Shown here: one piece after another, positions 10,356 through 24,790 of the stretch | Layout: each line of letters opens with the position of its first letter | Position numbering within the stretch: position 1 is the stretch's first letter | DNA from: Eledone cirrhosa | Lineage: Eukaryota | Direction: 5' to 3' | Assembly (NCBI GenBank): GCA_964016885.1 | Contig: OZ024744.1 | Location: 115,010,001 to 115,074,000 of the forward strand | Length of the DNA stretch: 64,000 nt | Translations under genes and position numbers: made by a program | Notes under the pieces: model-generated | Seen by the model: the letters and a program-made list of their open reading frames with translations, nothing else | Told to the model about the DNA's origin: nothing | The model's database searches: none

Positions 10356-12902
10356 TAGCCACTGGTCAACAGATATACCAGCAGCCACTGGTCAACAGAT
10401 AGACCAGCAGCCAGTGGTCAACAGGTAGACCAGCAGCCAGTGGTCAACAGATAGACCAGCAGCCACTGGTCAACAGGTAGACCAGCAGCCAGTGGTCAAC
10501 AGATAGACCAGCAGCCACTGGTCAACAGGTAGACCAGCAGCCAGTGGTCAACAGGTAGACCAGCAGCTAGTGGTCAACAGGTAGACCAGCAGCCACTGGT
10601 CAACAGATAGACCAGCAGCCAGTGGTCAACAGATAGACCAGCAGCCACTGGTCAACAGATAGACCAGCAGCCACTGGTCAACAGATAGACCAGCAGCCAG
10701 TGGTCAACAGATAGACCAGCAGCCACTGGTCAACAGATAGACCAGCAGCCAGTGGTCAACAGATAGACCAGCAGCCAGTGGTCAACAGATAGAACCAGCA
10801 GCCACTGGTCAACAGATAGACCAGCAGCCAGTGGTCAACAGATAGACCAGCAGCCAGTGGTCAACAGATAGACCAGCAGACACTGGTCAACAGATAGAAC
10901 CAGCAGCCACTGGTCAAAAGATAGACCAGCAGCCACTGGTCAACAGATAGAACCAGCAGCCACTGGTCAAAAGATAGACCAGCAGCCACTGGTCAACAGA
11001 TAGAACCAGCAGCCACTGGCCAAAAGATAGACCAGCAGCCACTGGTCAACAGATAGAACCAGCAGCCACTGGTCAAAAGATAGACCAGCAGCCACTGGTC
11101 AACAGATAGACCAGCAGCCACTGGTCAACAGATAGACCAGCAGCCACTGGTCAACAGATAGACCAGCAGCCAGTGGTCAACAGATAGACCAGCAGCCACT
11201 GGTCAACAGATAGACCAGCAGCCACTGGTCAACAGATAGACCAGCAGCCACTGGTCAACAGATAGACCAGCAGCCACTGGTCAACAGATAGACCAACAGA
11301 CTGGTCAACAGATAGACCAGCAGCCACTGGTCAACAGATAGACCAGCAGCCAGTGGTTAACAGATAGACTAACAGCCACTGGTCAACAGATAGACCAGCA
11401 GCCAGTGGTCAACAGATAGACCAGCAGCCAGTGGTCAACAGATAGACCAGCAGCCAGTGGTCAACAGATAGACTAGCAGCCACTGGTCAACAGATAGACC
11501 AGCAGCCAGTGGTCAACAGATAGACCAGCAGCCACTGGTCAACAGATAGACCAGCAGCCACTGGTCAACAGATAGACCAGCAGCCAGTGGTCAACAGATA
11601 GACCAGCAGCCACTGGTCAACAGATAGACCAGCAGCCAGTGGTCAACAGATAGACCAGCAGCCAGTGGTCAACAGATAGACCAGCAGCCAGTGGTCAACA
11701 GATAGACCAGCAGCCAATGGTCAACAGATAGAACCAGCAGCCACTGGTCAACAGATAGACCAGCAGCCACTGGTCAACAGATAGACCAGCAGCCACTGGT
11801 CAACAGATAGACCAGCAGCCACTGGTCAACAGATAGACCAGCAGCCAGTGGTCAACAGATAGACCAGCAGCCACTGGTCAACAGATAGATCAGCAGCCAC
11901 TGGTCAACAGATAGACCAGCAGCCACTGGTCAACAGATAGACCAGCAGCCACTGGTCAACAGATAGACCGGCAGCCAGTGGTCAACAGATAGACCAACAG
12001 ACTGGTCAACAGATAGACCAGCAGCCACTGGTCAACAATAGACCAGCAGCCAGTGGTCAACAGATAGACTAGCAGCCACTGGTCAACAGATAGACCAGCA
12101 GCCAGTGGTCAACAGATAGACCAGCAGCCAGTGGTCAACAGATAGACCAGCAGCCAGTGGTCAACAGATAGACCAGCAGCCAGTGGTCAACAGATAGACC
12201 AGCAGCCAGTGGTCAACAGATAGACTAGCAGCCACTGGTCAACAGATAGACCAGCAGCCAGTGGTCAACAGATAGACCAGCAGCCAGTGGTCAACAGATA
12301 GACCAGCAGCCAGTGGTCAACAGATAGACCAGCAGCCAGTGGTCAACAGATAGACCAGCAGCCAGTGGTCAACAGATAGACCAGCAGCCAGTGGTCAACA
12401 GATAGAACCAGCAGCCAGTGGTCAACAGATAGACCAGCAGCCACTGGTCAACAGATAGAACCAGCAGCCACTGGTCAAAAGATAGACCAGCAGCCAGTGG
12501 TCAACAGATAGACCAGCAGCCAGTGGTCAACAGATAGACCAGCAGCCAGTGGTCAACAGATAGACCAGCAGCCAGTGGTCAACAGATAGACCAGCAGCCA
12601 GTGGTCAACAGATAGACCAGCAGCCAGTGGTCAACAGATAGACTAGCAGCCACTGGTCAACAGGTAGACCAGCAGCCACTGGTCAACAGATAGACCAGCA
12701 GCCAGTGGTCAACAGATAGACCAGCAGCCACTGGTCAACAGGTAGACCAGCAGCCAGTGGTCAACAGATAGACCAGCAGCCAGTGGTCAACAGATAGACC
12801 AGCAGCCAGTGGTCAACAGATAGACTAGCAGCCACTGGTCAACAGGTAGACCAGCAGCCACTGGTCAACAGATAGACCAGCAGCCAGTGGTCAACAGATA
12901 GA
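10356..12902. repeat. 26-bp minisatellite, ~98 units
   Basis: Unit accagcagcca(c/g)tggtcaacagatag. Confidence 0.97.
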
Positions 12903-13786
12903 CAATGCACAAGATTGGTGACAGGCAGATGAAATATAGAATATAGTGAAAGAGGAGGAGGAGGGGGAGTGAGACAGAAGTGACTGGAACAAGGAAAGGC
13001 GATGTATTTATTGTGGATTTCTCCGTGCTGGATCAATATGATGTGATCAATAATATACAGATCAATATGATGTGATCAATAAAACAGATTTATGTGATGA
13101 TTAATAAGACACATATCAATATGTGATCAATATGATTACATATTGATCACAGATCATCATATTGATCACAGATTATTAATATGATGTGATCAAAGAGATA
13201 CAGTTCTATATGATGTGATCAATAAAACAATGACAAGTGTTGTATGCTGAGTTCCAATAACAACTTGACATAAGAGGTCGCACCCCCCCCCCCCCCCCCC
13301 CCCGACAAAACCTAAACACAAGAATTTACACAAGAAATCTGATTCCACGACATATTGCAGCAATTGATGTCACCCTCCAGCTTCTCATGAATACTACAGC
13401 AAACATCAAACAATGCTTGGAAGTGGTTTATAAATTTTTAGATTTAAATCTAATTTCAAAGTGAATAGAGCAGAATATCTTCTTTTTCTGGAAGTTCCCT
13501 ATACTCTGACAAAGGGATTTTAAGTACCAAAATATTAGGACGAAAAAAAACAATAACAAATAAACAAAGATTATTAGGTAACTAACTTTTTTCATTGTTT
13601 ACCCATCTTACATATATCCCTTTCCAAATTATATATATATATATATATATATACAATGTTTCAAGTAAATTACTTTTTATTACACACAAAATGGTTTTAA
13701 AACCTGTTTTAAATGTTGATGCCATATAACAATAGATGAATCTAACTTCCTGTCATTTCAGTGTTTTGTTTGAGTGTGTGTAGAGA

Positions 13787-14082
13787 ATGGAGTACCATTT
13801 CGAACGGTACTCTCCACAACATCCTCTGCCAGAGAGTATCCAGAAGATGGAGCCGAATGAGACAGTGTGTCATTATTGTGGAGTGAGCTATCTTATTCAC
13901 AGAGAGATTAAAGCACTCGAAGATAGGATTCTCACATTGGAAATAGAACTGAAGACATGCAGGGATGCAGAAGAGAGGGAAAACGAACTCATTTCCAGGC
14001 TTGAACAACTTCAAAAATCTCTTGAAGAAGTTAAACAGCAGAAAGAAACATTACAAAATGCTTCCAAATTAAATGAATCCCA
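13787..14082 (+). CDS. LEKR1: LEKR1-like (leucine/glutamate/lysine-rich coiled-coil protein), coding exon 1
   Basis: HPLPESIQKM...[20 protein letters not shown] resembles the LEKR1 N-terminus as I recall it ([30 protein letters not shown]). Upstream tttcag acceptor at 13760-61; donor gtaagt at 14083, phase 2. Confidence 0.8.
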
Positions 14083-14187
14083 GTAAGTAGAAGTATTAGT
14101 GTGCGGCACACCAGTAATATACTACGCTGGCAGTAGGATTATTATATATCATCTTACTCAGGATAACTCTTCCGTATAAATTTGGTT

Positions 14188-14690
14188 AGTGGAGGGGTGT
14201 GGCCCAGTGGTAAGGATGTTGGACTTACAATCATTATGTCATGGCTTTGATTCTTGGACTGGGTTGTGTTGTGTTCTTGAACACTACATTTCACATTACT
14301 CTAGTATACTACAGTGGAGGTATGTGGTGGTCTAGTGGTAGGGTATTAGACTGGGTTGTGTGTTGTGTTCTTGAAAAAAGACTACATTTCACATTACCCC
14401 AGTATACTACAGTGGAGGTATGTGGTGGCCTAGTGGTAAGGGTGTTAGACTGGGCTTGTGTTTTGTGTTCTTGAACAAAACACTTCATTTCACATTACTC
14501 CAGTATACTACAGTCGAGCTGTGTGGTGGCCTAGTGGTAAGGGTGTTAGACTGGGTTGTGTGTTGTGTTCTTGAACTCTTCATTTCACATTACTCCAGTA
14601 TACTACAGTGGAGGTATGGTGTGGCCTAGTGGTAAGGGTATTAGACTGGGTTGTGTGTTGTGTTCTTGAACAAGACACTTCATTTCACAC
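14188..14690 (+). repeat. Tandemised tRNA-SINE head, ~97-100 bp units x5
   Basis: Repeated gtggaggtatgtggtggcctagtggtaagggtgttagactgggttgtgtgttgtgttcttgaa. A-box-like tggcctagtgg in each unit; only the first unit keeps the longer tRNA-like segment. Confidence 0.7.
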
Positions 14691-15482
14691 CACCACTACC
14701 ACAACTACTACTACCACCACCACTACCACAACTACTTCCACCACCACCACCACCACTACCACAACTACTACCACCATCACCACCACCACCACCACCACTA
14801 CCACAACTACTACTACCACCAACACCACCACCACTACCACAACTACTACCACCATCACCACCACCACTACCACAACTACCACCACCACCACTACCACCAC
14901 CACCATTACCACAACTACTACTACCACCAACACCACCACCACTACCACAACTACTACCACCATCACCACCACCACTACCACCACCACCACCACAACTACT
15001 ACCACCATCACCACCACCACCACTACCACTACCACCACTACCACAACTACTACTACCACCACCACCACAACTACTACTACCACCACCACCACCACTACCA
15101 CAACTACTACCACCATCACCACCACCACCACTACCACCACCACTACCACAACTACTACCACCATCACCACCACCACTACCACCACCATCACCACCACCAC
15201 CACCACTACCCCCACCACCACTACCACAACTACTACTACCATCACCACCACCACCACTACCACAACTACTACCACCATCACCACCACCACCACTACCACC
15301 ACCACCACCACCAACACCACCACCATAAACAACACCACCACCACCACCACCACTACCATAACTACTACCAACATCACCACCACCACCACCACCACCACTA
15401 CCATAACTACTACCACTATCACCACCACCACCACCACCACCACTACCAACACCAACAGCACACCCGCATCACCACCACTACC
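14689..15482. repeat. (ACC/ACT/ACA)n degenerate trinucleotide microsatellite
   Basis: Direct reading; explains the poly-T/P/V ORFs. Confidence 0.95.
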
Positions 15483-15632
15483 AGCTATTGTTTAATATAA
15501 ATAAATAATTAAGTTTAATAAAAATTGATCAGCATTGAATGAATCAATAATCAATAATCAATAATCAATAAGCAATAACCGTGTTAGATGATGTCTAAAC
15601 TTATAGATACGTTTAACATTTATAATTTGCAG

Positions 15633-15752
15633 GCTTGAGAGCCGTACAAAGGAGCTGAAAGTATCTAGAAGCTATTTAAAAAGATTGGAAGCAGATATTT
15701 GTGATCTTAATGAAGAGATTTCACTTCTCTCTGCCACAGATAATCAAAACAA
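15633..15752 (+). CDS. LEKR1: LEKR1-like exon 2
   Basis: tttgcag|g ctt gag ... aac aa|gtaagt; 120 nt, phase 2-2, LESRTKELKVSRSYLKRLEADICDLNEEISLLSATDNQN. Confidence 0.8.
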
Positions 15753-16344
15753 GTAAGTAGAAAATATTAATCCTTCATAATTTTCTGCTCTTGAGCTTTT
15801 CCTATGTTTCTGCTATCTGATGGGATTTGTTGAAATATTAACAACATAGAGGTAATATTGTATTTGTTGCTGATCTCTTGGACTTTTACAAAGTGCTGAG
15901 AGGATAAAGTAAATATAAAGAGTGGTGTGTGTGTGTGTGCTCATATGCGGAGATGCTATAAGATAACTTATAACACAGGTCGAAGACCCTTAAAAGACAG
16001 AAAAAGTAGTTGACATCAGCCACAATAAGAAATTGAACTCCATATCTCTCAGATACAGGCTAGGTACTTTAAACCTTTAAGCCAAGACACCGTGACGACT
16101 CTTACCATCTTAAATTAGATAGGTGAATCACAGCTTTTAAATTTGAACAAACATTGTGTATATGTAGCCTATCTCTCAGATTTTCATGAAACGGTATTAA
16201 TTATTTCAGGGTCATAGCTTTTACTTCTTTATTTCATATAAACCAAGGTTTTAGCTAATGAGGAGGGAAGTGGTACTAAAAGTAAAGAGAGATACGTGGG
16301 CGAAAAGTACCATGATTTATGGTAGTAGACATGGACGAAGAATG

Positions 16345-19300
16345 TGTTAAACAGTGTCTTACATTAGAGATATGCTAGTGAAAGTGTTAAACAGTGTCTT
16401 ACATTAGAGATATGCTAGTGAAAGTGTTAAACAGTGTCTTACATTAGAGATATGCTAGTGAAAGTGTTAAACAGTGTCTTACATTAGAGATATGCTAGTG
16501 AAAGTGTTAAACAGTGTCTTACATTAGAGATATGCTAGTGAAAGTGTTAAACAGTGTCTTACATTAGAGATATGCTAGTGAAAGTGTTAAACAGTGTCTT
16601 ACATTAGAGATATGGCAGTAAAAATGTTAAACAGTGTCTTACATTAGAGATATGCTAGTGAAAGTGTTAAACAGTGTCTTACATTAGAGATATGGCAGTA
16701 AAAATGTTAAACAGTGTCTTACATTAGAGATATGCTAGTGAAAATGTTAAACAGTGTCTTACATTAGAGATATGGCAGTAAAAATGTTAAACAGTGTCTT
16801 ACATTAGAGATATGCTAGTGAAAGTGTTAAACAGTGTCTTACATTAGAGATATGCTAGTGAAAATGTTAAACAGTGTCTTACATTAGAGATATGCTAGTG
16901 AAAGTGTTAAACAGTGTCTTACATTAGAGATATGCTAGTGAAAATGTTAAACAGTGTCTTACATTAGAGATATGCTAGTGAAAGTGTTAAACAGTGTCTT
17001 ACATTAGAGATATGCTAGTGAAAGTGTTAAACAGTGTCTTACATTAGAGATATGCTAGTGAAAGTGTTAAACAGTGTCTTACATTAGAGATATGCTAGTG
17101 AAAATGTTAAACAGTGTCTTACATTAGAGATATGCTAGTGAAAGTGTTAAACAGTGTCTTACATTAGAGATATGCTAGTGAAAATGTTAAACAGTGTCTT
17201 ACATTAGAGATATGCTAGTGAAAGTGTTAAACAGTGTCTTACATTAGAGATATGCTAGTGAAAGTGTTACACAGTGTCTTACATTAGAGATATGCTAGTG
17301 AAAGTGTTAAACAGTGTCTTACATTAGAGATATGCTAGTGAAAGTGTTAAACAGTGTCTTACATTAGAGATATGTAGTGAAAAGGTTACACAGTGTCTTA
17401 AATTAGAAATATGGTAGTGAAAGTGTTAAACAGTGTCTTACATTAGAGATATGCTAGTGAAAGTGTTAAACAGTGTCTTACATTAGAGATATGCTAGTGA
17501 AAGTGTTAAACAGTGTCTTACATTAGAGATATGCTAGTGAAAATGTTAAACAGTGTCTTACATTAGAGATATGCTAGTGAAAGTGTTACACAGTGTCTTA
17601 CATTAGAGATATGCTAGTGAAAGTGTTAAACAGTGTCTTACATTAGAGATATGCTAGTGAAAGTGTAAAACAGTGTCTTACATTAGAGATATGCTAGTGA
17701 AAGTGTTAAACAGTGTCTTACATTAGAGATATGCTAGTGAAAGTGTTACACAGTGTCTTACATTAGAGATATGCTAGTGAAAGTGTTAAACAGTGTCTTA
17801 CATTAGAGATATGCTAGTGAAAGTGTTAAACAGTGTCTTACATTAGAGATATGTAGTGAAAAGGTTACACAGTGTCTTACATTAGAAATATGGTAGTGAA
17901 AGTGTTAAACAGTGTCTTACATTAGAGATATGCTAGTGAAAGTGTTAAACAGTGTCTTACATTAGAGATATGCTAGTGAAAGTGTTAAACAGTGTCTTAC
18001 ATTAGAGATATGTAGTGAAAGTGTTACACAGTGTCTTACATTAGAAATATGGTAGTGAAAGTGTTAAACAGTGTCTTACATTAGAGATATGCTAGTGAAA
18101 GTGTTAAACAGTGTCTTACATTAGAGATATGCTAGTGAAAGTGTTAAACAGTGTCTTACATTAGAGATATGGCAGTGAAAGTGTTAAACAGTGTCTTACA
18201 TTAGAGATATGCTAGTGAAAGTGTTAAACAGTGTTTTACATTAGAGATATGCTAGTGAAAGTGTTAAACAGTGTCTTATATTAGAGATATGCTAGTGAAA
18301 GTGTTAAACAGTGTCTTACATTAGAGATATGCTAGTGAAAGTATTAAACAGTGTCTTACATTAGAGATATGGCAGTAAAAATGTTAAACAGTGTCTTACA
18401 TTAGAGATATGCTAGTGAAAGTGTTAAACAGTGTCTTACATTAGAGATATGCTAGTGAAAGTGTTAAACAGTGTCTTACATTAGAGATATGGCAGTAAAA
18501 ATGTTAAACAGTGTCTTACATTAGAGATATGCTAGTGAAAGTGTTAAACAGTGTCTTACATTAGAGATATGCTAGTGAAAGTGTTAAACAGTGTCTTACA
18601 TTAGAGATATGGCAGTGAAAATGTTAAACAGTGTCTTATATTAGAGATATGGTAGTGAAAGTGTTAAACAGTGTCTTACATTAGAGATATGGTAGTGAAT
18701 GTGTTAAACAGTGTCTTACATTAGAGATATGCTAGTGAAAGTGTTAAACAGTGTCTTACATTAGAGATATGGCAGTAAAAATGTTAAACAGTGTCTTACA
18801 TTAGAGATATGGCAGTGAAAATGTTAAACAGTGTCTTACATTAGAGATATGCTAGTGAAAGTGTTAAACAGTGTCTTACATTAGAGATATGGCAGTAAAA
18901 ATGTTAAACAGTGTCTTACATTAGAGATATGCTAGTGAAAGTGTTAAACAGTGTCTTACATTAGAGATATGGCAGTGAAAATGTTAAACAGTGTCTTACA
19001 TTAGAGATATGGTAGTGAAAGTGTTAAACAGTGTCTTACATTAGAGATATGCTAGTGAAAGTGTTAAACAGTGTCTTACATTAGAGATATGGCAGTAAAA
19101 ATGTTAAACAGTGTCTTACATTAGAGATATGCTAGTGAAAGTGTTAAACAGTGTCTTACATTAGAGATATGGCAGTGAAAATGTTAAACAGTGTCTTACA
19201 TTAGAGATATGCTAGTGAAAGTGTTAAACAGTGTCTTACATTAGAGATATGGCAGTAAAAATGTTAAACAGTGTCTTACATTAGAGATATGCTAGTGAAA

Positions 19301-20320
19301 GTGTTAAACAGTGTCTTACATTAGAGATATGGCAGTGAAAATGTTAAACAGTGTCTTACATTAGAGATATGCTAGTGAAAGTGTTAAACAGTGTCTTACA
19401 TTAGAGATATGGCAGTGAAAATGTTAAACAGTGTCTTACATTAGAGATATGGTAGTGAATGTGTTAAACAGTGTCTTACATTAGAGATATGGCAGTAAAA
19501 ATGTTAAACAGTGTCTTACATTAGAGATATGGCAGTGAAAATGTTAAACAGTGTCTTACATTAGAGATATGCTAGTGAAAATGTTAAACAGTGTCTTACA
19601 TTAGAGATATGCTAGTGAAAGTGTTAAACAGTGTCTTACATTAGAGATATGGCAGTAAAAATGTTAAACAGTGTCTTACATTAGAGATATGCTAGTGAAA
19701 ATGTTAAACAGTGTCTTACATTAGAGATATGCTAGTGAAAGTGTTACACAGTGTCTTACATTAGAGATATGCTAGTGAAAGTGTTATACAGTGTCTTACA
19801 TTAGAAATATGCTAGTGAAAGTGTTACACAGTTTCTTACATTAGAGATATGCTAGTGAAAGTGTTACACAGTGTCTTACATTAGAAATATGGTAGTGAAA
19901 GTGTTCAACAGTGTCTTACATTAGAGATATGCTAGTGAAAGTGTTAAACATTGTCTTATATTAGAGATATGCTAGTGAAAATGTTAAACAGTGTCTTACA
20001 TTAGAGATATGCTAGTGAAAGTGTTACACAGTGTCTTACATTAGAGATATGATAGTGAAAGTGTTACACAGTGTCTTACATTAGAAATATGGTAGTGAAA
20101 GTGTTAAACAGTGTCTTACATTAGAAATATGCTAGTGAAAGTGTTAAACAGTGTCTTTTATTAGAAATATGATAGTGAAAGTATTAAACAGTGTCTTACA
20201 TTAGAAATATGGTAGTGCATGTGTTAAACAGTGCCTTTTATTAGAAATATGGTAGTGAAAGTGTTAAAAAGTGTCTTATTAGTAAGATGGCAGTGAAAGT
20301 GTTAAACAATGTCTTTTGCT
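16345..20320. repeat. 40-bp satellite, ~99 units
   Basis: Unit gtgttaaacagtgtcttacattagagatatgctagtgaaa with an interspersed ggcagtaaaaa variant. Confidence 0.97.
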
Positions 20321-20412
20321 AAACATTTTATAAGTATTGTTATAGATACTCTGTAATATACCCTGATATCTATGTGACTAAATATAACATTCAAACCCTT
20401 TCCATTCCACAG

Positions 20413-20588
20413 ACAAGAAATTAGTCAGAATAAATCAAAACTGAAATCTGTTTTAAAATGTTTGCAAGGTCTGAAGATGGATGTTACTGGTATTTCTGAT
20501 GTGGCTGCAGAGAGTAAGAATTCTGCAAACCAAAAATTAAAGGAGTTTCAAAGCTGTCTGCGTCAAATAGTTGCCGCTCACCAAGCAG
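20413..20588 (+). CDS. LEKR1: LEKR1-like exon 3
   Basis: ccacag|a caa gaa ... gca g|gtaatt; 176 nt, phase 2-1, open frame QEISQNKSKLKSVLKCLQGLKMD...IVAAHQA. Confidence 0.78.
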
Positions 20589-20776
20589 GTAATTCATCAA
20601 CACTCCCATTACCATTGCCATGGTGAACAGTCAAAGCAATGTTTACAAACTGCTGGAAATAGCAGTCAAATTTCCATTCCACCCAAATCCAGCAGTCTTT
20701 AAAATGGAAGGAAAAATGTAGTTAGATATACCGTATCTGACAGCCTGGATACTAACTACTGTACTGCTCTGTACGT

Positions 20777-21910
20777 TAGATAATGTAGTCCTAGATACAC
20801 TATGTCTGATAGCCACTAATACTAATTACTGTAATGTACATTAGATAATGTAGTCTTAGATACACTATGTCTGATAGCCCCTAATACTAACTAGTATACT
20901 GTACATTAGATAATGTAGTCCTAGGTACACTATGTCTGATAGCCACTAATACTAACTACTATACTGTACATTAAATAATGTAGTCCTAGGTACACTATGT
21001 CTGATAGCCCCTAATACTAACTAGTATACTGTACATTAGATAATGTAGTCCTAGATACACTGTCTGATAGCTACTAATACTAACTACTGTACTGTACATT
21101 AGATAATGTAGTCTTAGATACACTATGTCTGATAGCCCCTAATACTAACTACTGTACTGTACATTAGATAATGTAGTCCTAGGTACACTATGTCTGATAG
21201 CCACTAATACTAATTACTGTAATGTACATTAGATAATGTAGTCCTAGATACACTATGTCTGATAGCCACTAATACTAACTAGTATACTGTACATTAGATA
21301 ATGTAGTCCTAGATACACTATGTCTGATAGCTACTAATACTAACTACTGTACTGTACATTAGATAATGTAGTCTTAGATACACTATATCTGATAGCCCCT
21401 AATACTAACTAGTATACTGTACATTAGATAATGTAGTCCTAGGTACACTATGTCTGATAGCCACTAATACTAACTACTATACTGTACATTAGATAATGTA
21501 GTCCTAGGTACACTATGTCTGATAGCCACTAATACTAATTACTGTAATGTACATTAGATAATGTAGTCCTAGATACACTATGTCTGACAGCCACTAATAC
21601 TAACTAGTATACTGTACATTAGATAATGTAGTCCTAGGTACACTATGTCTGATAGCCACTAATACTAACTACTGTACTGTACATTAGATAATGTAGTCTT
21701 AGATACACTATGTCTGATAGCCCCTAATACTAACTAGTATACTGTACATTAGATAATGTAGTCCTAGGTACACTATGTCTGATAGCCACTAATACTAACT
21801 ACTGTACTGTACATTAGATAATGTAGTCCTAGATACACTATGTCTGACAGCCACTAATACTAACTACTGTACTGTACATTAGATAATGTAGTCCTTGATA
21901 CACTATGTCT
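20777..21910. repeat. 65-bp minisatellite, ~17 units
   Basis: Unit tagataatgtagtcctagatacactatgtctgatagccactaatactaactactgtactgtacat. Confidence 0.95.
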
Positions 21911-21911
21911 T

Positions 21912-22143
21912 TATCATCATCATCATTATCATCATCACCACCACTACCACCACCATCATCATCAACACCATAATCATCATCACCATCACCATCACCACCA
22001 CCACCACCATCACCACCACCACCATCACATCAACACCACCACCACCACCACCACCATCATTGTCATCATCACCACCATCACCACCACCACCACCATCACC
22101 ACCACCACCATCATTGTCACTTTCATCATCATCATCATTATTA
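21912..22143. repeat. (CAT/CAC)n microsatellite
   Basis: Direct reading. Confidence 0.9.
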
Positions 22144-22297
22144 TAAAAATATTTTCTATAAGAAATAAATTAAAGTGTATTATTTTCTCATAACTTAAAT
22201 AGAGAGCGTCTTCTTCCCCTCCATAAAACAAAAGAACATAATTTATTTTTTAATTTATTTACACCAAAAATAACACAAAATCCTGCCATTCTTGCAG

Positions 22298-22483
22298 ATA
22301 TCCAGCAATTGAGGTTACAGAATTGTTCGTTGATGAAAGAAAACAGTGAATTATTGAAAATAAAGGAGAATTATTCCGAAATAGAAAAGGTTAATCTTGA
22401 TTCTAAGAGAATTGCACATGTTACTGGAGAAAAACTGAAGAATTTACAGAATACAGATCTACTGAATAAGCAGAGGATTCGAG
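22298..22483 (+). CDS. LEKR1: LEKR1-like exon 4
   Basis: cttgcag|at atc cag ... cga g|gtatgt; 186 nt, phase 1-1; overlaps ORF 22309-22494. Confidence 0.78.
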
Positions 22484-23303
22484 GTATGTTCTGAGAAATA
22501 TTCAATAGTTATTGTAACTGTAGTACAGTGATTGTTAACCTTTTAATTACCAACCCAGTCAAAACCAGCTCTGGTTCTATCAAATAAAACCACCTATTTT
22601 AAAGGTTTCCAATTTAAATTAAAATGTTACAACATAATTTTATATAAGAATTCTATATTAATTATATACAATATAGAAAACAATCAAATTTTTGTTTAAT
22701 GCATTTAATTGCTAACGATTGTTTCTTCCAGACAAATGTCTGGAATCATCAGGGCATATACAATGTTAAAACAAGATACATTATATGTGAGAAGACTAAT
22801 TATAATTGTTAGTGTCAATTACAATATACTGAAGTTACATTATATGTGAGAAAACTAATCATAATTATTAGTGTCAATTACAATATACTGAAGAGTAAGG
22901 GCAAAAGAATATTATAATGAAAAGATAGCAAAATATTGAAAAGTATTATAAAAATATTCATTATATAAGAATTCTTTATTAATTAATTAAAGTAGAGTGT
23001 TTTGCAATTGAAATACATTCACAAGATGGTTAAACAAGCCATAATTTTTCTTTAAATTGTAATGTTAATAAATTCATTACATAAGTTGTAGAAGTCTTTA
23101 GTAAAGATGGCAACTATTTAACATAGCGGACACTACGCCATGTAAATACCTTAACAGAGATATATGATGGACGTGCTTCTATTGACGCTAGAAATAACAG
23201 CCAACACTGTCTAAATCAGCTCAACAATGAGGGAGCAGTTAATATTCATTTATAATGTTAATTGTCTCTAATACTTAGATATATCTACCCAGAGAGGTAA
23301 TAA

Positions 23304-24056
23304 AATATATTTTAGCTGGTCTAGCTGATATCTCCAGCCCCAAATATATTATAGTTGGTCTAGCTGATAACCCCACCCCCAAATATATTTTAGTTGGTCT
23401 AGCTGATATCTCCAGCCCCAAATATATTATAGTTGGTCTAGCTGATAGCCCCAGCCCTAAATATATTTTAGTTCGTCTAGCTTATAACCCCAGCCCCAAA
23501 TATATTTTAGTTGGTCTAGTTGATATCTCCAGCCCCAAATATATTTTAGTTGGTCTAGCTTATAACCCCAGCCCCAAATATATTTTAGTTGGTCTAGTTG
23601 ATATCTCCAGCCCCAAATATATTTTAGTTGGTCTAGCAGATAACCCCAGCCCCAAATATATTTTAGTTGGACTAGCTTATAACCCCAGCCCCAAATATAT
23701 TTTAGTTGGTCTAACTTATATCTCCAGCCCCAAATATATTTTAGTTGGACTAGCTTATAACCCCAGCCCCAAATATATTTTAGTTGGTCTAACTTATAAC
23801 CCCAGTCCCAAATATATTTTAGTTGGTCTAACTTATATCTCCAGCCCCAAATATATTTTAGTTGGTCTAGCTTATAACCCCAGCCCCAAATATATTTTAG
23901 TTGGTCTAGTTGATATCTCCAGCCCCAAATATATTTTAGTTGGTCTAGCAGATAACCCCAGCCCCAAATATATTTTAGTTGGTCTAACTTATAACCCCAG
24001 CCCCAAATATATTTTAGTTGGTCTAACTTATATCTCCAGCCCCAAATATATTTTGG
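23304..24056. repeat. 39-bp minisatellite, ~19 units
   Basis: Unit aaatatattttagttggtctagctgatatctccagcccc. Confidence 0.95.
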
Positions 24057-24103
24057 CTTAAGTTTAATATATTTTATTACTTCTCTGATAATTTATTGAT
24101 ACA

Positions 24104-24790
24104 GAAGACCCGCCTTCCCTTGTGCATAAAATGAAGCAACATCTTGTGGTTATGTACGACTCCTCTTCAACTCTTCCATACTCCTCTCACATCTTAACCA
24201 CTCCACCCACCCTACATACCCCCACCCCCACCTCATTTCTCCAACCCATCCATACATGGAAAGTTGAACAATCTTGCACACAATACTATTGCAATGACTC
24301 TTAGTCGACCATGTAAGGTGCTCATGTTGGCGCCATGACAAAACAACACTTAACCCCACCCTGGAAGATACCGGGCTGAGCACATGACAGGCGACACATG
24401 GCCCACCCTGTGGCTGGCCATGTTGGTGGCACAACAGAAAGCATCCGATCCACCTATGGTGTGGCGGGGTTGGTGACGTGACAAGAGCATTGTCTCTGCC
24501 TTGTAATATAGTCATAGTTGTGATGGTGACATGACAAAAAGAACCCAGCCCAACCTGTAAAGTGGTCATGTTAGAAACACAACAAAAAGCACCCAGTCCT
24601 CACTGCAAAGGGGTTATTTTGGTGACAAAAGTGACCAGTCCACACTGTAAATGTAGTTGGCATAAGGAAGGGCATCCAGCCACAGAGACATAGCCAGAAA
24701 CAGCTCTGTATGACTTTCCTCACTACATGACAATCTATCTAACCCATGCTACTGTGAAAAAATGGGTGTTAAACAGTGATGATGATGATA
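24104..24790 (+). mobile_element. RTE 3'UTR-type fragment ending in (GAT)n
   Basis: Shares agaagaccc...gcacccagt..cactgtaaa...ggaagggcatccagc...gatgatgat with the 3' end of the RTE at 58140-58480. Similar tail fragments at 25520-25705, 25920-26015, 26380-26670, 58555-58780 and 60525-60900. Confidence 0.7.

Noticed and set aside
13035-13225. Degenerate gatcaatatgatgt short repeats with a local inversion
   Set aside because: Low-complexity decay; no consistent unit or structure to support a call.
14608-15495. Poly-Thr/Pro/Val ORFs (mucin or extensin-like)
   Set aside because: Trinucleotide microsatellite inside a LEKR1-like intron, open in several frames.
22776-22893. 59-bp direct duplication
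   Set aside because: Two-copy local duplication with no further signal.
10356-24056. CRISPR-like regular repeats
   Set aside because: Units are head-to-tail with no unique spacers, there are no cas genes, and the context is eukaryotic.
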